Assembly: GCA_964384105.1 (NCBI GenBank)
Contig: CAYLJV010000004.1
Location: forward strand, 32,001-96,000
Source: Candidatus Hadarchaeota archaeon
Lineage (GTDB): Archaea; Hadarchaeota; Hadarchaeia; Hadarchaeales; JAGGTB01
DNA: 64,000 nt
Direction of reading: 5' to 3'
Under the pieces are notes generated by a model. That model saw only the letters and a program-made list of their open reading frames with translations. It was not told where the DNA came from and did not search any database. Positions 29,223-39,152 of the stretch are shown here, piece after piece. The translations under genes were made by a program, and so were the position numbers. Position 1 is the first letter of the stretch, and every line of letters begins with the position of its first letter.

Positions 29223-29645
29223 ATGCTGGGTGGATATTTTATGAAGGGTCAAGCCAGCTTGGAAATGCTTTTAATTTTAGCGGCGATTCTATCGGCTTTA
29301 TCGGGATTCATATATTATGCTCAAGGGTCCAATGAATCAATAAATGCTTATTCTGCAGTACAAACTGGTGTTGAGAACTCAGTAACCAAGCTAGAATTGA
29401 AACATAAAATTTCAGTGAATTATGATATTGATCAAGACGGAGATGACTTTACTATCAGCCTAAAGTACTGGGGAGGCAATCTATCAAATTCCTCGATAGA
29501 AAACCTTGTCTATAATGAGGCAGTAAGTTTTGTTTATAAAGCATTTAGAGACAAGTATCCTGACAGTATCCCTGAATCGGTATCTACCGATCGCCACGAG
29601 TTTAGGATATTTGTCAATGCTAGTGTGGTGACGAAGAATGAATGA
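29223..29645 (+). CDS. class III signal peptide pilin-like protein
   Basis: MKG/QASLE; start likely ATG 29241. Confidence 0.85.
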   Translation: MLGGYFMKGQASLEMLLILAAILSALSGFIYYAQGSNESINAYSAVQTGVENSVTKLELKHKISVNYDIDQDGDDFTISLKYWGGNLSNSSIENLVYNEAVSFVYKAFRDKYPDSIPESVSTDRHEFRIFVNASVVTKNE

Positions 29646-30603
29646 CCGAGGTCAGATTTTTACCTTCGATATGCTTTTGGCAATGATCCTTTTAATGTTA
29701 GTAACTATATCTTCAGGATATGCATTGAATATGGTTAACGACCAGTCCTCAGAATACGTTTCTAGGTATTCTTTGGATAGAGAAGCTCAGGATATAGCTA
29801 ATGCGTTGATTAGGTCTCCGGGTATGCCGAGTTACTGGGAAGAAAATGATGTGGATATGTTAGTTCCAGGTTTTGCTAAGTTAGATCAGTACGACCAGCC
29901 TATTTCTCATTATTTGGATATAATCAAACTATCACAATTTGCATCCAAAATTGGTTACGAACCAATAGATGAAAATATAAAAAAGTTTTTCGGTGGCACA
30001 ACTAATTTTGAAATAGAGATTAGTAGAAATGAAAATGCTCATTTACGAATATGGCCAGGATGGAAAAATAGTTCTAAATCAGGTGTGGAGAACGCTCTTG
30101 AGGTGGTGACTGTTGAACGAATTGTTTATGGAACGGGTGCAGAAGTTCGTGCTGAAACTCCGCCTTTAATAAGGGCAACGGGAAGAGATGTTGAAAACCT
30201 TTGGTTTAGAATTAATGCTGGAGAGCTAGATGCTTTTAATTGGTATATATATGCTGAGAATTTAGTGCCCTTTGAGATGAATTATAATATAGATGTCTAT
30301 GTCAATCACACACAACTGGGAGGAGGGCATGTGAACTACAATTTTCATAAGAATCAAATTCCCATCCCAGGTCAAGCTCCTAAACCGCCTGCCACTGGTG
30401 GGATAGAAAATGACACTGATATATCAACCACTAATCAGCTGAAAGTTGGTATGAATTTTATACATATAAAAATGACAGCAGTTCCGGGAGTCAATACAGT
30501 AAAATTCTATATAATTGCTATTCCTGAGGGTTCCCCGGAATATGAAATAGTTCCTTCTACGGAAAGAATTTCGATGCAGCTTAAATTGAAAATGTGGAGG
30601 TAA
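29638..30603 (+). CDS. minor pilin-like protein
   Basis: RG/QIFTFD signal; LIRSPGMP.YW; ends LKLKMWR. Confidence 0.8.
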   Translation: MNDRGQIFTFDMLLAMILLMLVTISSGYALNMVNDQSSEYVSRYSLDREAQDIANALIRSPGMPSYWEENDVDMLVPGFAKLDQYDQPISHYLDIIKLSQFASKIGYEPIDENIKKFFGGTTNFEIEISRNENAHLRIWPGWKNSSKSGVENALEVVTVERIVYGTGAEVRAETPPLIRATGRDVENLWFRINAGELDAFNWYIYAENLVPFEMNYNIDVYVNHTQLGGGHVNYNFHKNQIPIPGQAPKPPATGGIENDTDISTTNQLKVGMNFIHIKMTAVPGVNTVKFYIIAIPEGSPEYEIVPSTERISMQLKLKMWR

Positions 30604-30607
30604 AAAA

Positions 30608-31759
30608 ATGTCGGTAAAAAATGATGAAAGAGGATTTATATTCACTTTGGATGCCACTTTGGCCGTTTTAGTGTCTTTGATAGCGATAGTGGGTGTAGCA
30701 CAGATTGGAAGTCCATATACAGTATATAGTCAACACAGTCAGCTTCAGATTGAAAGGTATGGAAACGATGCTTCACAAGTAATCCAGTTATCGGGTGGCA
30801 TGGGCCGTGTTATGGAACTAGTCGAAAACAAAGAGTTTGAAGAGGCCAAAGCTCTAGCGAGAGAGGAACTCCGGAAGGTGCTACCCTCTGAATTGCAGTT
30901 TAAATTAGTTGTTGGGGATAATCTATTGGCAGTTTATCCTAATGATAATAGTGGATGGGAAAATAGATTTTCTAATGTGAATGACCTTTACGTGTCAGCT
31001 CCGATATATGTGACCCCTCCACTAAAAGAACTTCGTTTACTCGCCTGGTTGGATGACTCAAAGGATCAAGAGCTTTTGAATAGTATTTTGAGTGGAATGG
31101 AGTGGGAAGTTACGTATACGGATAATGAGGCTCGTTTCCAAGAGGAGATACAACGGGATAATCTGGGCTATTACCATACGGTATTCATACCCGATGCAGA
31201 TCTCACGTTTGTTCAGGAGACAATCGATAATCTTGTTCAGTTTTCTTCTTATGGAAGATTAGTAGTTGGTGGTGACACATTGTGGAATAACTTAGAAGCA
31301 GATGATTCTTTACCCGATGAACTAGCGGGTGTTTTTGGAATAGATGATGAGTACATACTTAGATACGCACATGCTGATGAGGGTATGATGTATATTTGGG
31401 ACTCAACTCATCCCATAACGGAAGTGTTTATAAGAGGACACCCAGTGGATTATCCTGATGAAGAAAACCTTTACGAGTACTCTCTTCAAGGTGGTACAGC
31501 ACTTTCCCATTGGTATCATCAACAGACCGATTCTTACTTGGGTGAGCCTGCTATAATATTCAATGACGAGGATGAGTTCAATCCGGGCACGGGGGTACTC
31601 TTTAATATGCGTTTAGCTCAAGCTGCGTCTTCGGATGAAATTAGTTCACAGGATAGAAGCGATTGGATCACTTTGGCAAAAAGGTCTGTTTACTGGATCA
31701 GTCCCTTTTGGATATTTAGAAGGGTAACACTTTACGTATGGAGAGGAGAGGGTGTTTGA
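30608..31759 (+). CDS. minor pilin-like protein with inserted globular domain
   Basis: RG/FIFTLDA signal; ends VTLYVWR. Confidence 0.8.
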   Translation: MSVKNDERGFIFTLDATLAVLVSLIAIVGVAQIGSPYTVYSQHSQLQIERYGNDASQVIQLSGGMGRVMELVENKEFEEAKALAREELRKVLPSELQFKLVVGDNLLAVYPNDNSGWENRFSNVNDLYVSAPIYVTPPLKELRLLAWLDDSKDQELLNSILSGMEWEVTYTDNEARFQEEIQRDNLGYYHTVFIPDADLTFVQETIDNLVQFSSYGRLVVGGDTLWNNLEADDSLPDELAGVFGIDDEYILRYAHADEGMMYIWDSTHPITEVFIRGHPVDYPDEENLYEYSLQGGTALSHWYHQQTDSYLGEPAIIFNDEDEFNPGTGVLFNMRLAQAASSDEISSQDRSDWITLAKRSVYWISPFWIFRRVTLYVWRGEGV

Positions 31760-33768
31760 TGATACAGGAGGATCAACGCGGATTTGTCCTTAGCGGAGTT
31801 ACACTTTTGCTCATATTACCGGCCTTGCTCTTATCTGTCTCTTTTTTGAATGTAGTAGAGACTGGTGAAGAAGCAGTGGCTGTTAGGAGCGTATCGGACA
31901 AAGTTGTGACTACTGCTTGGAATATTGAAAGAATGGTTAGTTATATGGATACGATTGGAATTACTCTTGATAATTCCACTCTCAGAAAGCTTGCCGAAAA
32001 CTACAGGGAGGCTTCTGTATTAGATGTTAAAATTTCTCCAGGAGTGTATGATATATGGGAGAACGTTCATGAATCAGATGGTGATGATTCTTATCCTCAT
32101 TATGCCGGATCTAAGTATTGTGAAATCAAGGCAATAGGGGAAGATGAGTGGTACTACAGTTTCGAAGATCTTGATCCCAGATACAATCGTTATCCAGATA
32201 ATGACCGAAATGAACCAACGCTACATGTAAAAAGACTGGATAATGGGGATGTGCGCGTAACATTTGTAAGGTATGACGGAGGTTATACCGCCGATATATG
32301 GTTTGAAGATGAGCTGCTTTGGGAGGGTGTTGGAAGTCATGTTGAGCCTTATAGTTTAAGTGAGACAATAAGAAACCCGGCTCGCTTAGTTCATATAGAG
32401 GTTACTGATCCGGCTATTAATGCTCATTTTGAAGAGCAGTATCGTCCCGTACAGTTAGACCAAGAAATTTCTGAGCAAACTGAAGTCGAAGAGAGTGAAT
32501 CACCGGTAGCAGATGCAGGTGGACCTTATTCTTTATATGCGGGAGAGTCTATTGAGCTGGATGGAACTGAAAGTTACGATCCCGATGGTTCTATTCAAAG
32601 TTATTCTTGGGAGATAATTAGTGGCCCCGGAAGTCTCTCTGATGCAGACACGAGTACGCCGGTTTATACCGCTCCAGAGGTGATCTCAGATGAGACCATA
32701 GTAAATGTAGGCTTAACTGTAACAGATAATAACGGTCAAATTGGTTTGGATAACACTACTATTACTGTCTATCCTGAGTCTGAGTGGGAGTATAGAAAGA
32801 AAATCACTATAAATCCTGATTATGTGGATTCTGAACTAACGAATTTCCCAATGCTATTCCATATTATCGATGATAAAGACGTTGGAAAAAATGCTCAGAG
32901 TGATGGTGATGATATTATGTTTACAAATTCTGACGGTATAACTAGACTAGATCATGAGATAGAAAGTTATTCTGTTTCAGGTAATAAGGCTGAACTCTGG
33001 GCGTGGATAAGAATTCCGACATTATATTCAAGCGATAATACGGTTATTTATATGTACTACGGAAATGATACGACCTCCAATCAGGAGGATGTTGAAGGGG
33101 TTTGGGAATCTTCTGCAGAGTTAGTTTATCATTTTAATGAAGAGTCTGGAAATCCCTCTGATTCCACAGGGAATAATTCTGGAGTAATCGAAGGTGGAGT
33201 TACTCAAGGAGCTTCTGGTAAGATTCAGAACGCATATGAATTTAATGGTTCAGATTCATGGGTTAGGGTTTTCGATGATCCTTCAATCGATTTAACTTCT
33301 CCTTTTTCAATTTACGCTTGGATAAACGTGGATGATGGAACTGGCGATCGAAACATTTGTCAGAAGGGGGATAGCTATGCTATGTGGGAAATAAGAAGTG
33401 GGGGCTTCCCATATAATGTTATAAGAAATGGTGGATGGCATACTGAATTTGAATGGACTGAGGATTCAAATTGGTTTGAAGGAGATTGGCACCAAATAAC
33501 TTTTGTATATTCAGGTTCTCGAGTGAGGAATTACCTTGATGGTTCGGAAGATGCTTCATATGGCTTTTCTGAAACTACCAACACAAATAATACTGATTTG
33601 GGGATTGGTGTTAACAACCCCTGGTTGGATTCTTGGTTTGATGGTAGAATAGACGAATTCAGAATTTATTCTGAAGAAAAATCTCCTGAATGGCTTTCGA
33701 CAGCATATAACAATCAAAATAACCCTTCGGCTTTTTACACAGTCGGAAGTGAAGAGGCTGTGCCTTAG
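31738..33768 (+). CDS. pilin-like adhesin with PKD, DUF2341 and LamG domains
   Basis: RG/FVLSG signal; PVADAGGPY..SYDPDG..YSW (PKD); WEYRKKITI..NFP..IYMYYGN (DUF2341); WHQITFVY..FDGRIDEFRIY (LamG). Confidence 0.85.
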   Translation: MERRGCLMIQEDQRGFVLSGVTLLLILPALLLSVSFLNVVETGEEAVAVRSVSDKVVTTAWNIERMVSYMDTIGITLDNSTLRKLAENYREASVLDVKISPGVYDIWENVHESDGDDSYPHYAGSKYCEIKAIGEDEWYYSFEDLDPRYNRYPDNDRNEPTLHVKRLDNGDVRVTFVRYDGGYTADIWFEDELLWEGVGSHVEPYSLSETIRNPARLVHIEVTDPAINAHFEEQYRPVQLDQEISEQTEVEESESPVADAGGPYSLYAGESIELDGTESYDPDGSIQSYSWEIISGPGSLSDADTSTPVYTAPEVISDETIVNVGLTVTDNNGQIGLDNTTITVYPESEWEYRKKITINPDYVDSELTNFPMLFHIIDDKDVGKNAQSDGDDIMFTNSDGITRLDHEIESYSVSGNKAELWAWIRIPTLYSSDNTVIYMYYGNDTTSNQEDVEGVWESSAELVYHFNEESGNPSDSTGNNSGVIEGGVTQGASGKIQNAYEFNGSDSWVRVFDDPSIDLTSPFSIYAWINVDDGTGDRNICQKGDSYAMWEIRSGGFPYNVIRNGGWHTEFEWTEDSNWFEGDWHQITFVYSGSRVRNYLDGSEDASYGFSETTNTNNTDLGIGVNNPWLDSWFDGRIDEFRIYSEEKSPEWLSTAYNNQNNPSAFYTVGSEEAVP

Positions 33769-33778
33769 GTGAAAAGAT

Positions 33779-34213
33779 ATGTTAGATCTAAAATTAAGTA
33801 AGAAAGGATTTTTTTCTATAGATGCTCTTTTTGCGATTATACTATTAATTCTGGTTATGGGTACCTTAGTAAATCTTTATCAAGGGCGGGCAGAGGTGGT
33901 TGAAAGTTCGAGGAGTAAGTTTGAGGGACGGATGATAAGCGAAAAGTTAGCTGCTGCTGTTAATTCAGTCTATGCTACGGGGGAACCTTTAGATTTGCGG
34001 TTAAAGTTGCCCGATAATATAGTCGGAAATAATTATTCCATCCGATTTATTCAGGAAAATAGAAAAATAGCGGTGGAATTGTTGAGTGGAAGTCAAATAT
34101 CTGACTATACTGGTGCATCTGTAGTTTACGGAGAAGTTACTGTTGAGAATCTAGATTTTTCTGAACAGATATTAGTATATTGGGAAAATGATGAGATAGT
34201 AGTAGGAAATTAA
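33779..34213 (+). CDS. class III signal peptide pilin-like protein
   Basis: KKG/FFSIDA plus hydrophobic stretch. Confidence 0.8.
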   Translation: MLDLKLSKKGFFSIDALFAIILLILVMGTLVNLYQGRAEVVESSRSKFEGRMISEKLAAAVNSVYATGEPLDLRLKLPDNIVGNNYSIRFIQENRKIAVELLSGSQISDYTGASVVYGEVTVENLDFSEQILVYWENDEIVVGN

Positions 34214-34282
34214 GCGATGTCCCATTAACTTGGAACAGCAATTTTAACTTTATAAACTAAATAAAACTTTGGTTAGAATCAA

Positions 34283-35050
34283 ATGGAAAAAGAAGATTCA
34301 AGATTATTGCGGTTTTTCAAGAAAATTGGAGGCACTATTTTCGGTTTAAAGAAACTCCCTAAAACTATGAAAGAAATAAGGATGGAAAGTAAACCTAAAA
34401 ATATTTATTCGAGGTCAAAAGAAAGAAAAATACCTAATTTTCTTAATGATTTTTTCCGAAAGAGGCACGCTGGCTGGCCGGAATACGTAATTTTAAAAGC
34501 TCAGATTGCTATAATACTCCTTTTTGGAATTTCGACTACGGTTGTTCTTTTTGATAGCTCTTTGCTGATTTTTGGCCCTATAATGATTATTTTGACTATC
34601 TATCTGATTCTGATAGCAAAATCAGAACTTAAAAAGGCTTTCATTTGCGATTTTTCCGCCTATAGAAGCTTTATAGGTATTTGTGTCAGTCTAGCATGGG
34701 GTGCTGTTTTCCTTTTAGAGTATTTTCCCCCTATTTTTTCAAGTAATCTACTCAGAATTTTATTTCCCATTGTGATTGTAATCCTTGGTGCCGTCTTTGC
34801 TTTTGTAGCGTTTAGGGTAAGATACGGTAGAGACTATACATATGGTATTATTCAGGATTTAAAGGGCGAAAAAGCTAAAGTGAAAATTGGTTACGATCTT
34901 CGAAGCAATGTGAAGCAAGGTATTTATTTCCTAGATTCGTATGTCCCTGTTTCGAAAGGTGATGTTGTCGAAGTGAAGGTTGATCGTTCTACTTTGGGTT
35001 TGAGAGGATCTAAAGCCGAGGCGATTGTCGAAAGGATTGAAAAGAAATAA
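34283..35050 (+). CDS. DUF2101-like membrane protein
   Basis: Four TM segments, RYGRDYTYG..YDLRSNVKQG motif; typical of Epd pilus loci. Confidence 0.7.
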   Translation: MEKEDSRLLRFFKKIGGTIFGLKKLPKTMKEIRMESKPKNIYSRSKERKIPNFLNDFFRKRHAGWPEYVILKAQIAIILLFGISTTVVLFDSSLLIFGPIMIILTIYLILIAKSELKKAFICDFSAYRSFIGICVSLAWGAVFLLEYFPPIFSSNLLRILFPIVIVILGAVFAFVAFRVRYGRDYTYGIIQDLKGEKAKVKIGYDLRSNVKQGIYFLDSYVPVSKGDVVEVKVDRSTLGLRGSKAEAIVERIEKK

Positions 35051-35056
35051 TTACTC

Positions 35057-36181
35057 TCACGCTATTCCGCCTACTAGATTTATAATCCACCAGTAAATAT
35101 CCCCATAGAAAATAGCTATTGGGACCCCTATAGCGAAAGATGGGGCAAAAGGTAACCCTTCTTTGATTCTTATATGGTTCTCTATTTTTTCTTCTTTAAC
35201 TCCTTTTTTAAGCAATTCAACTTGTTCGTCTGAAACTCCTGCTGCTAAATTACTGTCGGCCAATGTCTTGTCAAATTGTGGTTTTAACTGAAAGTTTTTG
35301 GGATTCTCGAATATCCTTTTAACTGAACTCACGAGTCCTGGGCTTTTATATCTCCTTATTTCATCGTTCTTCTCGTAGATTGTCTCAGCCGGAATCATTC
35401 CTTCCTTCAATTCATTTATAGGAATTTCACTTTGGAGGACGTGTTTGTTGATTACCTTAACTGAGTTTATGATGAATCTAAATCCGAATACTACCACGAA
35501 AGATATTGCCAAGAATTGAAGTATATCTAACGAATGTAAATAAGCGCCGTATCCAGTCAAACCTAGTGCTATTGGAATTCTAATTTGAAAGGGTATTCGA
35601 TAAACTACTAAAATTATAACTAAAACTATCAGAATTTGTGCAATTTGACCCAAATCAAAATAGTTGGTTACTTTAGATCCTAGTATAGATCCTCCTGTCA
35701 ATACAAAAGGTGTTATCAAAATTTCTGGAAAAGCTTCCCTAATAGGTTCAGTAACCTTTCTTCCTATTCCTGGCGTTCGGAGTGATTTTACTATTACATA
35801 TCCGATTAGGACTGGAGCAAGGCAGATAATTCCGTTTAGAAGTATTGTTAGAATGAACGGGTAAGGAGCAGACATGTAAGGTGCATTGTACCCCCCCAGT
35901 AGCGCTCCGAGGGCTGCGTAAAGTTTTACATCCCCCCCGGCCCACCCCCCTATAATCCACATTAGGTAACCTATCCCGAATGTTACTCCAGCCCCGATTC
36001 CACCTGTAACAGCTAATAAAAAATTCTGTTGATAGATACCATATCCGAGATAAAGTGCTATACCTGCTATTATCATTGGAAAAGTCAGCTTGTTCGGGAT
36101 TATTCTTTCCTTTAAGTCGGTATAATTTGCTATAAAAACAGTAGCCAACGCTAATACTGCAACGATTTGGTAGAATACCAT
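35057..36181 (-). CDS. eppA: EppA-like A24 prepilin peptidase
   Basis: TDLKERIIPN and GGDVK catalytic Asp motifs, extra TM insertion, LKEGMIPAE, LPFAP. Confidence 0.85.
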   Translation of the reverse strand: MVFYQIVAVLALATVFIANYTDLKERIIPNKLTFPMIIAGIALYLGYGIYQQNFLLAVTGGIGAGVTFGIGYLMWIIGGWAGGDVKLYAALGALLGGYNAPYMSAPYPFILTILLNGIICLAPVLIGYVIVKSLRTPGIGRKVTEPIREAFPEILITPFVLTGGSILGSKVTNYFDLGQIAQILIVLVIILVVYRIPFQIRIPIALGLTGYGAYLHSLDILQFLAISFVVVFGFRFIINSVKVINKHVLQSEIPINELKEGMIPAETIYEKNDEIRRYKSPGLVSSVKRIFENPKNFQLKPQFDKTLADSNLAAGVSDEQVELLKKGVKEEKIENHIRIKEGLPFAPSFAIGVPIAIFYGDIYWWIINLVGGIA

Positions 36182-36238
36182 ACTTATCGTTATTAATAAA
36201 AAGTTAATTTATAAATAAATTGTCAGAAATTGGTCAAC

Positions 36239-36409
36239 CTATTTTAAGTCCTTAATAAGATTGTCTCTTATTCCATCGATTTTACTTTCCATTTCAGGCC
36301 CGAGGGAGTCGAAGATTTCGAAAGTAACCGTCACGATACCGGCGATCACTGATAAAGCTACCGCTACCATTAATAAATATTCAATCGCTCCTTGTCCTTT
36401 TTCGTCCAT
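36239..36409 (-). CDS. 56-aa short pilin (not in ORF track)
   Basis: MDEKG/QGAIEYLLMVAVALSVIAGIV... Confidence 0.85.
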   Translation of the reverse strand: MDEKGQGAIEYLLMVAVALSVIAGIVTVTFEIFDSLGPEMESKIDGIRDNLIKDLK

Positions 36410-36466
36410 TTTTTACATCCTCTTGTTTCAGTACAAAATAATCTCAGTGAGACTCCATTTGTACGT

Positions 36467-36643
36467 TTAATCTGATAATATGTTCTCTAGGAGTTGATTT
36501 TCTTTTTCTTTTGCTGCGTTTTCCCCAGACTCTGCAAGATCCCTTACATAAATGAAAGCTATTACAATCACTGCTAGTACTCCTGCAAGTATGAGTAGGT
36601 ATTCTGTGGCTCCTTGAGCTTTTTCATCTTTCAAAATTTCCAT
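36467..36643 (-). CDS. short (major) pilin
   Basis: MEILKDEKA/QGATEYLLILAGVLAVI; GGAGGTGA SD. Confidence 0.88.
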   Translation of the reverse strand: MEILKDEKAQGATEYLLILAGVLAVIVIAFIYVRDLAESGENAAKEKENQLLENILSD

Positions 36644-36955
36644 TTTAGTCTCACCTCCACTCATCAAGTAGGTGTAGATATAAATAATCTCCTATTAAAG
36701 TTTATTTTAAGGGATATTAAAATCTATTCCGAACTTTTAGTACTTATTTTTAGTTCTTTTTTAATACAAAGCCCTAGAATTAATCTTTTATAATATATTT
36801 TCGACTAGATTTTCTTGTTTTTGTCTTGCTACGTTTTCCACTGATTTTGCAAGATCCCTCACGTAGGTTACGGCGATTATAATCACTGCTAGTACTCCTG
36901 CAAGTATGAGTAGGTATTCTGTGGCTCCTTGAGCTTTTTCATCTTTCAAAATTTC
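36566..36955. repeat. 75-bp identical direct repeat (36566-36640 = 36881-36955) in two pilin genes
   Basis: Identical by direct comparison; covers the signal peptide and hydrophobic N-terminus. Confidence 0.9.
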
Positions 36956-36973
36956 TACTATTTCTTCTGACAT
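36788..36973 (-). CDS. short (major) pilin paralogue
   Basis: EILKDEKA/QGATEYLLILAGVLAVI. Confidence 0.88.
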   Translation of the reverse strand: MSEEIVEILKDEKAQGATEYLLILAGVLAVIIIAVTYVRDLAKSVENVARQKQENLVENIL

Positions 36974-37025
36974 GTGTTCCTCTGTTCAAGGGTCTAAATT
37001 AACTATTAAAGTTTTTTGTTCAGCA

Positions 37026-38003
37026 TCAAAGAAACAATGTATCAACAAGAATCCGCGAAGCGAAAAAAACACCAATAGCTACACCCATAAATGGCACAGA
37101 ATATGTAAGACCTTTTGATAATTTTCCATATCTGATTACCCCGACTGCTGCACCAGTAATTGCTGCTTGTATTAATATGTAAATTGGGATGATTATGTCT
37201 ATATTGCTTGGTAAGCCTCCTTGTGTGGAAGACCCGAATAACCCAATTCCACCTACACCTCCACCAGTAGTCTCGGTCATTGCAGTTCCTATATTAAGAA
37301 CCATCCCAGAGATAAGTGGAGCAGCAAATAATGCTGCTGCTAATAGGAATAGGACCTGTTGCATAGTTGCTGCTTGCCTTTCTCGTTGGATAGATTGAGT
37401 CTCTCTTATATCTTCTGAAACTGCTTCTAATACGTCTGCTATTGTGGCCCCTCGTTCCATACCTTCTTCTATTAGGAAGAAGGCACGCTCATAGAGTTCT
37501 GATCGCGTTTTTCTAGCCATAGAGATCATTGCCCTCTGCATTGTTCGACCTCTTCTTACTTGAGCAAGCATAAGCTCGATCTCTTCGGAGAGAGCTCCGT
37601 GTTCAGATCCTGCAACATCTTCTAAAGCTCCTTCCAAACTTACTCCTGCCTTTAGTGAGGCGGAGATCTGCCTTAATGCATCAGGTAGGGCATTTTCTAA
37701 TTCAGAGGTTCTTCTTTGAATTAGGTAGATCGGAACTATCATTGTTAGACTAGCTAGAGTTCCGTACAATGCTATTATCGCATATACTATATCAGGCAGT
37801 AAAGGAAAATTGAATACAAAAGAAATTCCAAAAATGGCTCCTCCAGCTATTAGACTTATCATTATTGAGATACCACAATATTCCGATCCAGAAAGAGCGA
37901 TATTGGTCGCTCTCAATTTGTTATTAACATCCTCTAAAAATCTCTGAGGGAGGGCTTTCTGAGCTAATATGTCCATTACTCTAAGTATAGACATTTTATA
38001 CAC
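37026..38003 (-). CDS. type II secretion system F (TadC-like) pilus platform protein
   Basis: ELENALPDALRQISASLKAG..LE.AL..V...HGALSEE. Confidence 0.88.
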   Translation of the reverse strand: MYKMSILRVMDILAQKALPQRFLEDVNNKLRATNIALSGSEYCGISIMISLIAGGAIFGISFVFNFPLLPDIVYAIIALYGTLASLTMIVPIYLIQRRTSELENALPDALRQISASLKAGVSLEGALEDVAGSEHGALSEEIELMLAQVRRGRTMQRAMISMARKTRSELYERAFFLIEEGMERGATIADVLEAVSEDIRETQSIQRERQAATMQQVLFLLAAALFAAPLISGMVLNIGTAMTETTGGGVGGIGLFGSSTQGGLPSNIDIIIPIYILIQAAITGAAVGVIRYGKLSKGLTYSVPFMGVAIGVFFASRILVDTLFL

Positions 38004-39144
38004 TCGGCTCCATTCTTTTGAAGATTATGATTAAGTAGATAAGCATAACTGGTATGAATACGAGAAATACCATATTTAGTAAAGCTGGGGGAAATAGACC
38101 TCCTCCGATAAAACCTGTTATTATCATTACCACTATCAGCATTGGTGGCATAACAGCTGCAGCAAACATGTATATCATAGACATCATATTCAATGATTGT
38201 GTGTAGTTTCTCAAATTCATCCTCATCGTGAAAGCAGCTTCGTCAGCCAGTATATTCAAAGTTCTAGAGATGTTACCACCAGTTCTTAATGTTCTTTGAA
38301 TTTGTCTTATGGCTCTCGTCAGAAAGTCTGATTTGACTCGATCTCTCATTCTGTTTAGGGCATCGGCCATAGATTCTCCTCGTCTCATGTCAGTTATAGC
38401 TCTGGCAAATTCCTCTGAAAGAGCGCCATATCTTGATCTACTAACTGAGGTCATTGCTTCGGGGAGGCCAATACCAGAAGAAAGTTGAGTAGCTAGATGC
38501 CTTAAAGCGTATGGAATTTCTTGATTTATTTCATTTGAACGTTTTCCTATTTTCTGTTTTGGATAGAATCTTCCGATACCCAGTGGCATTATAAAACTGA
38601 TTATACCTGCCAGAAATGCTATTAGTATTGAACCAATCATAACCCCTGTTAATATAAGTACTACTATGCCTGCGATAGATCCAATTCCAAGTAACATACC
38701 GATGTAATGCTCGGCAGGGATTTTTATATATGCCTTATCCAAATCTTCTTCTAATTCCGAGAAAAATCCACTCAATTTACTTGATGGTTTTTTGAAAGGC
38801 TGAAAGAAAAAATCTGCAAATCTCTCAGAAAGCGGCCTTTCTAGATCCCTACTTCGCTTCTCCCATTCTTTTTCCTCCCTTTCTTCCAACTCCATCTCTT
38901 TTTCTAGCATTTCCTCTATTTTTTGATCTTCTTCTTCGAGTTCTTGTAGTTCATGCAATCTTTCCGAGAGGCTTCCTCCCTCCCTCTTTATAGTCGGTTC
39001 TTTTTTTACTAAATCTCTTATTCTTACAGGAGTGGATGATGTTATCTCCCCCGCTTTTCGCACACTTTCGCCAATTCTACGGAAGAACGCTCTTAATCTT
39101 CCGTTTTTATTTTCTCCTTCCATATTTCTCACGAGAATAAACAA
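37996..39144 (-). CDS. type II secretion system F (TadB/C-like) pilus platform protein
   Basis: EIPYALRHLATQLSSGIGL..YGALSEEF, RTGGNI. Confidence 0.88.
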   Translation of the reverse strand: MFILVRNMEGENKNGRLRAFFRRIGESVRKAGEITSSTPVRIRDLVKKEPTIKREGGSLSERLHELQELEEEDQKIEEMLEKEMELEEREEKEWEKRSRDLERPLSERFADFFFQPFKKPSSKLSGFFSELEEDLDKAYIKIPAEHYIGMLLGIGSIAGIVVLILTGVMIGSILIAFLAGIISFIMPLGIGRFYPKQKIGKRSNEINQEIPYALRHLATQLSSGIGLPEAMTSVSRSRYGALSEEFARAITDMRRGESMADALNRMRDRVKSDFLTRAIRQIQRTLRTGGNISRTLNILADEAAFTMRMNLRNYTQSLNMMSMIYMFAAAVMPPMLIVVMIITGFIGGGLFPPALLNMVFLVFIPVMLIYLIIIFKRMEPSV

Positions 39145-39152
39145 ATTGCTAA

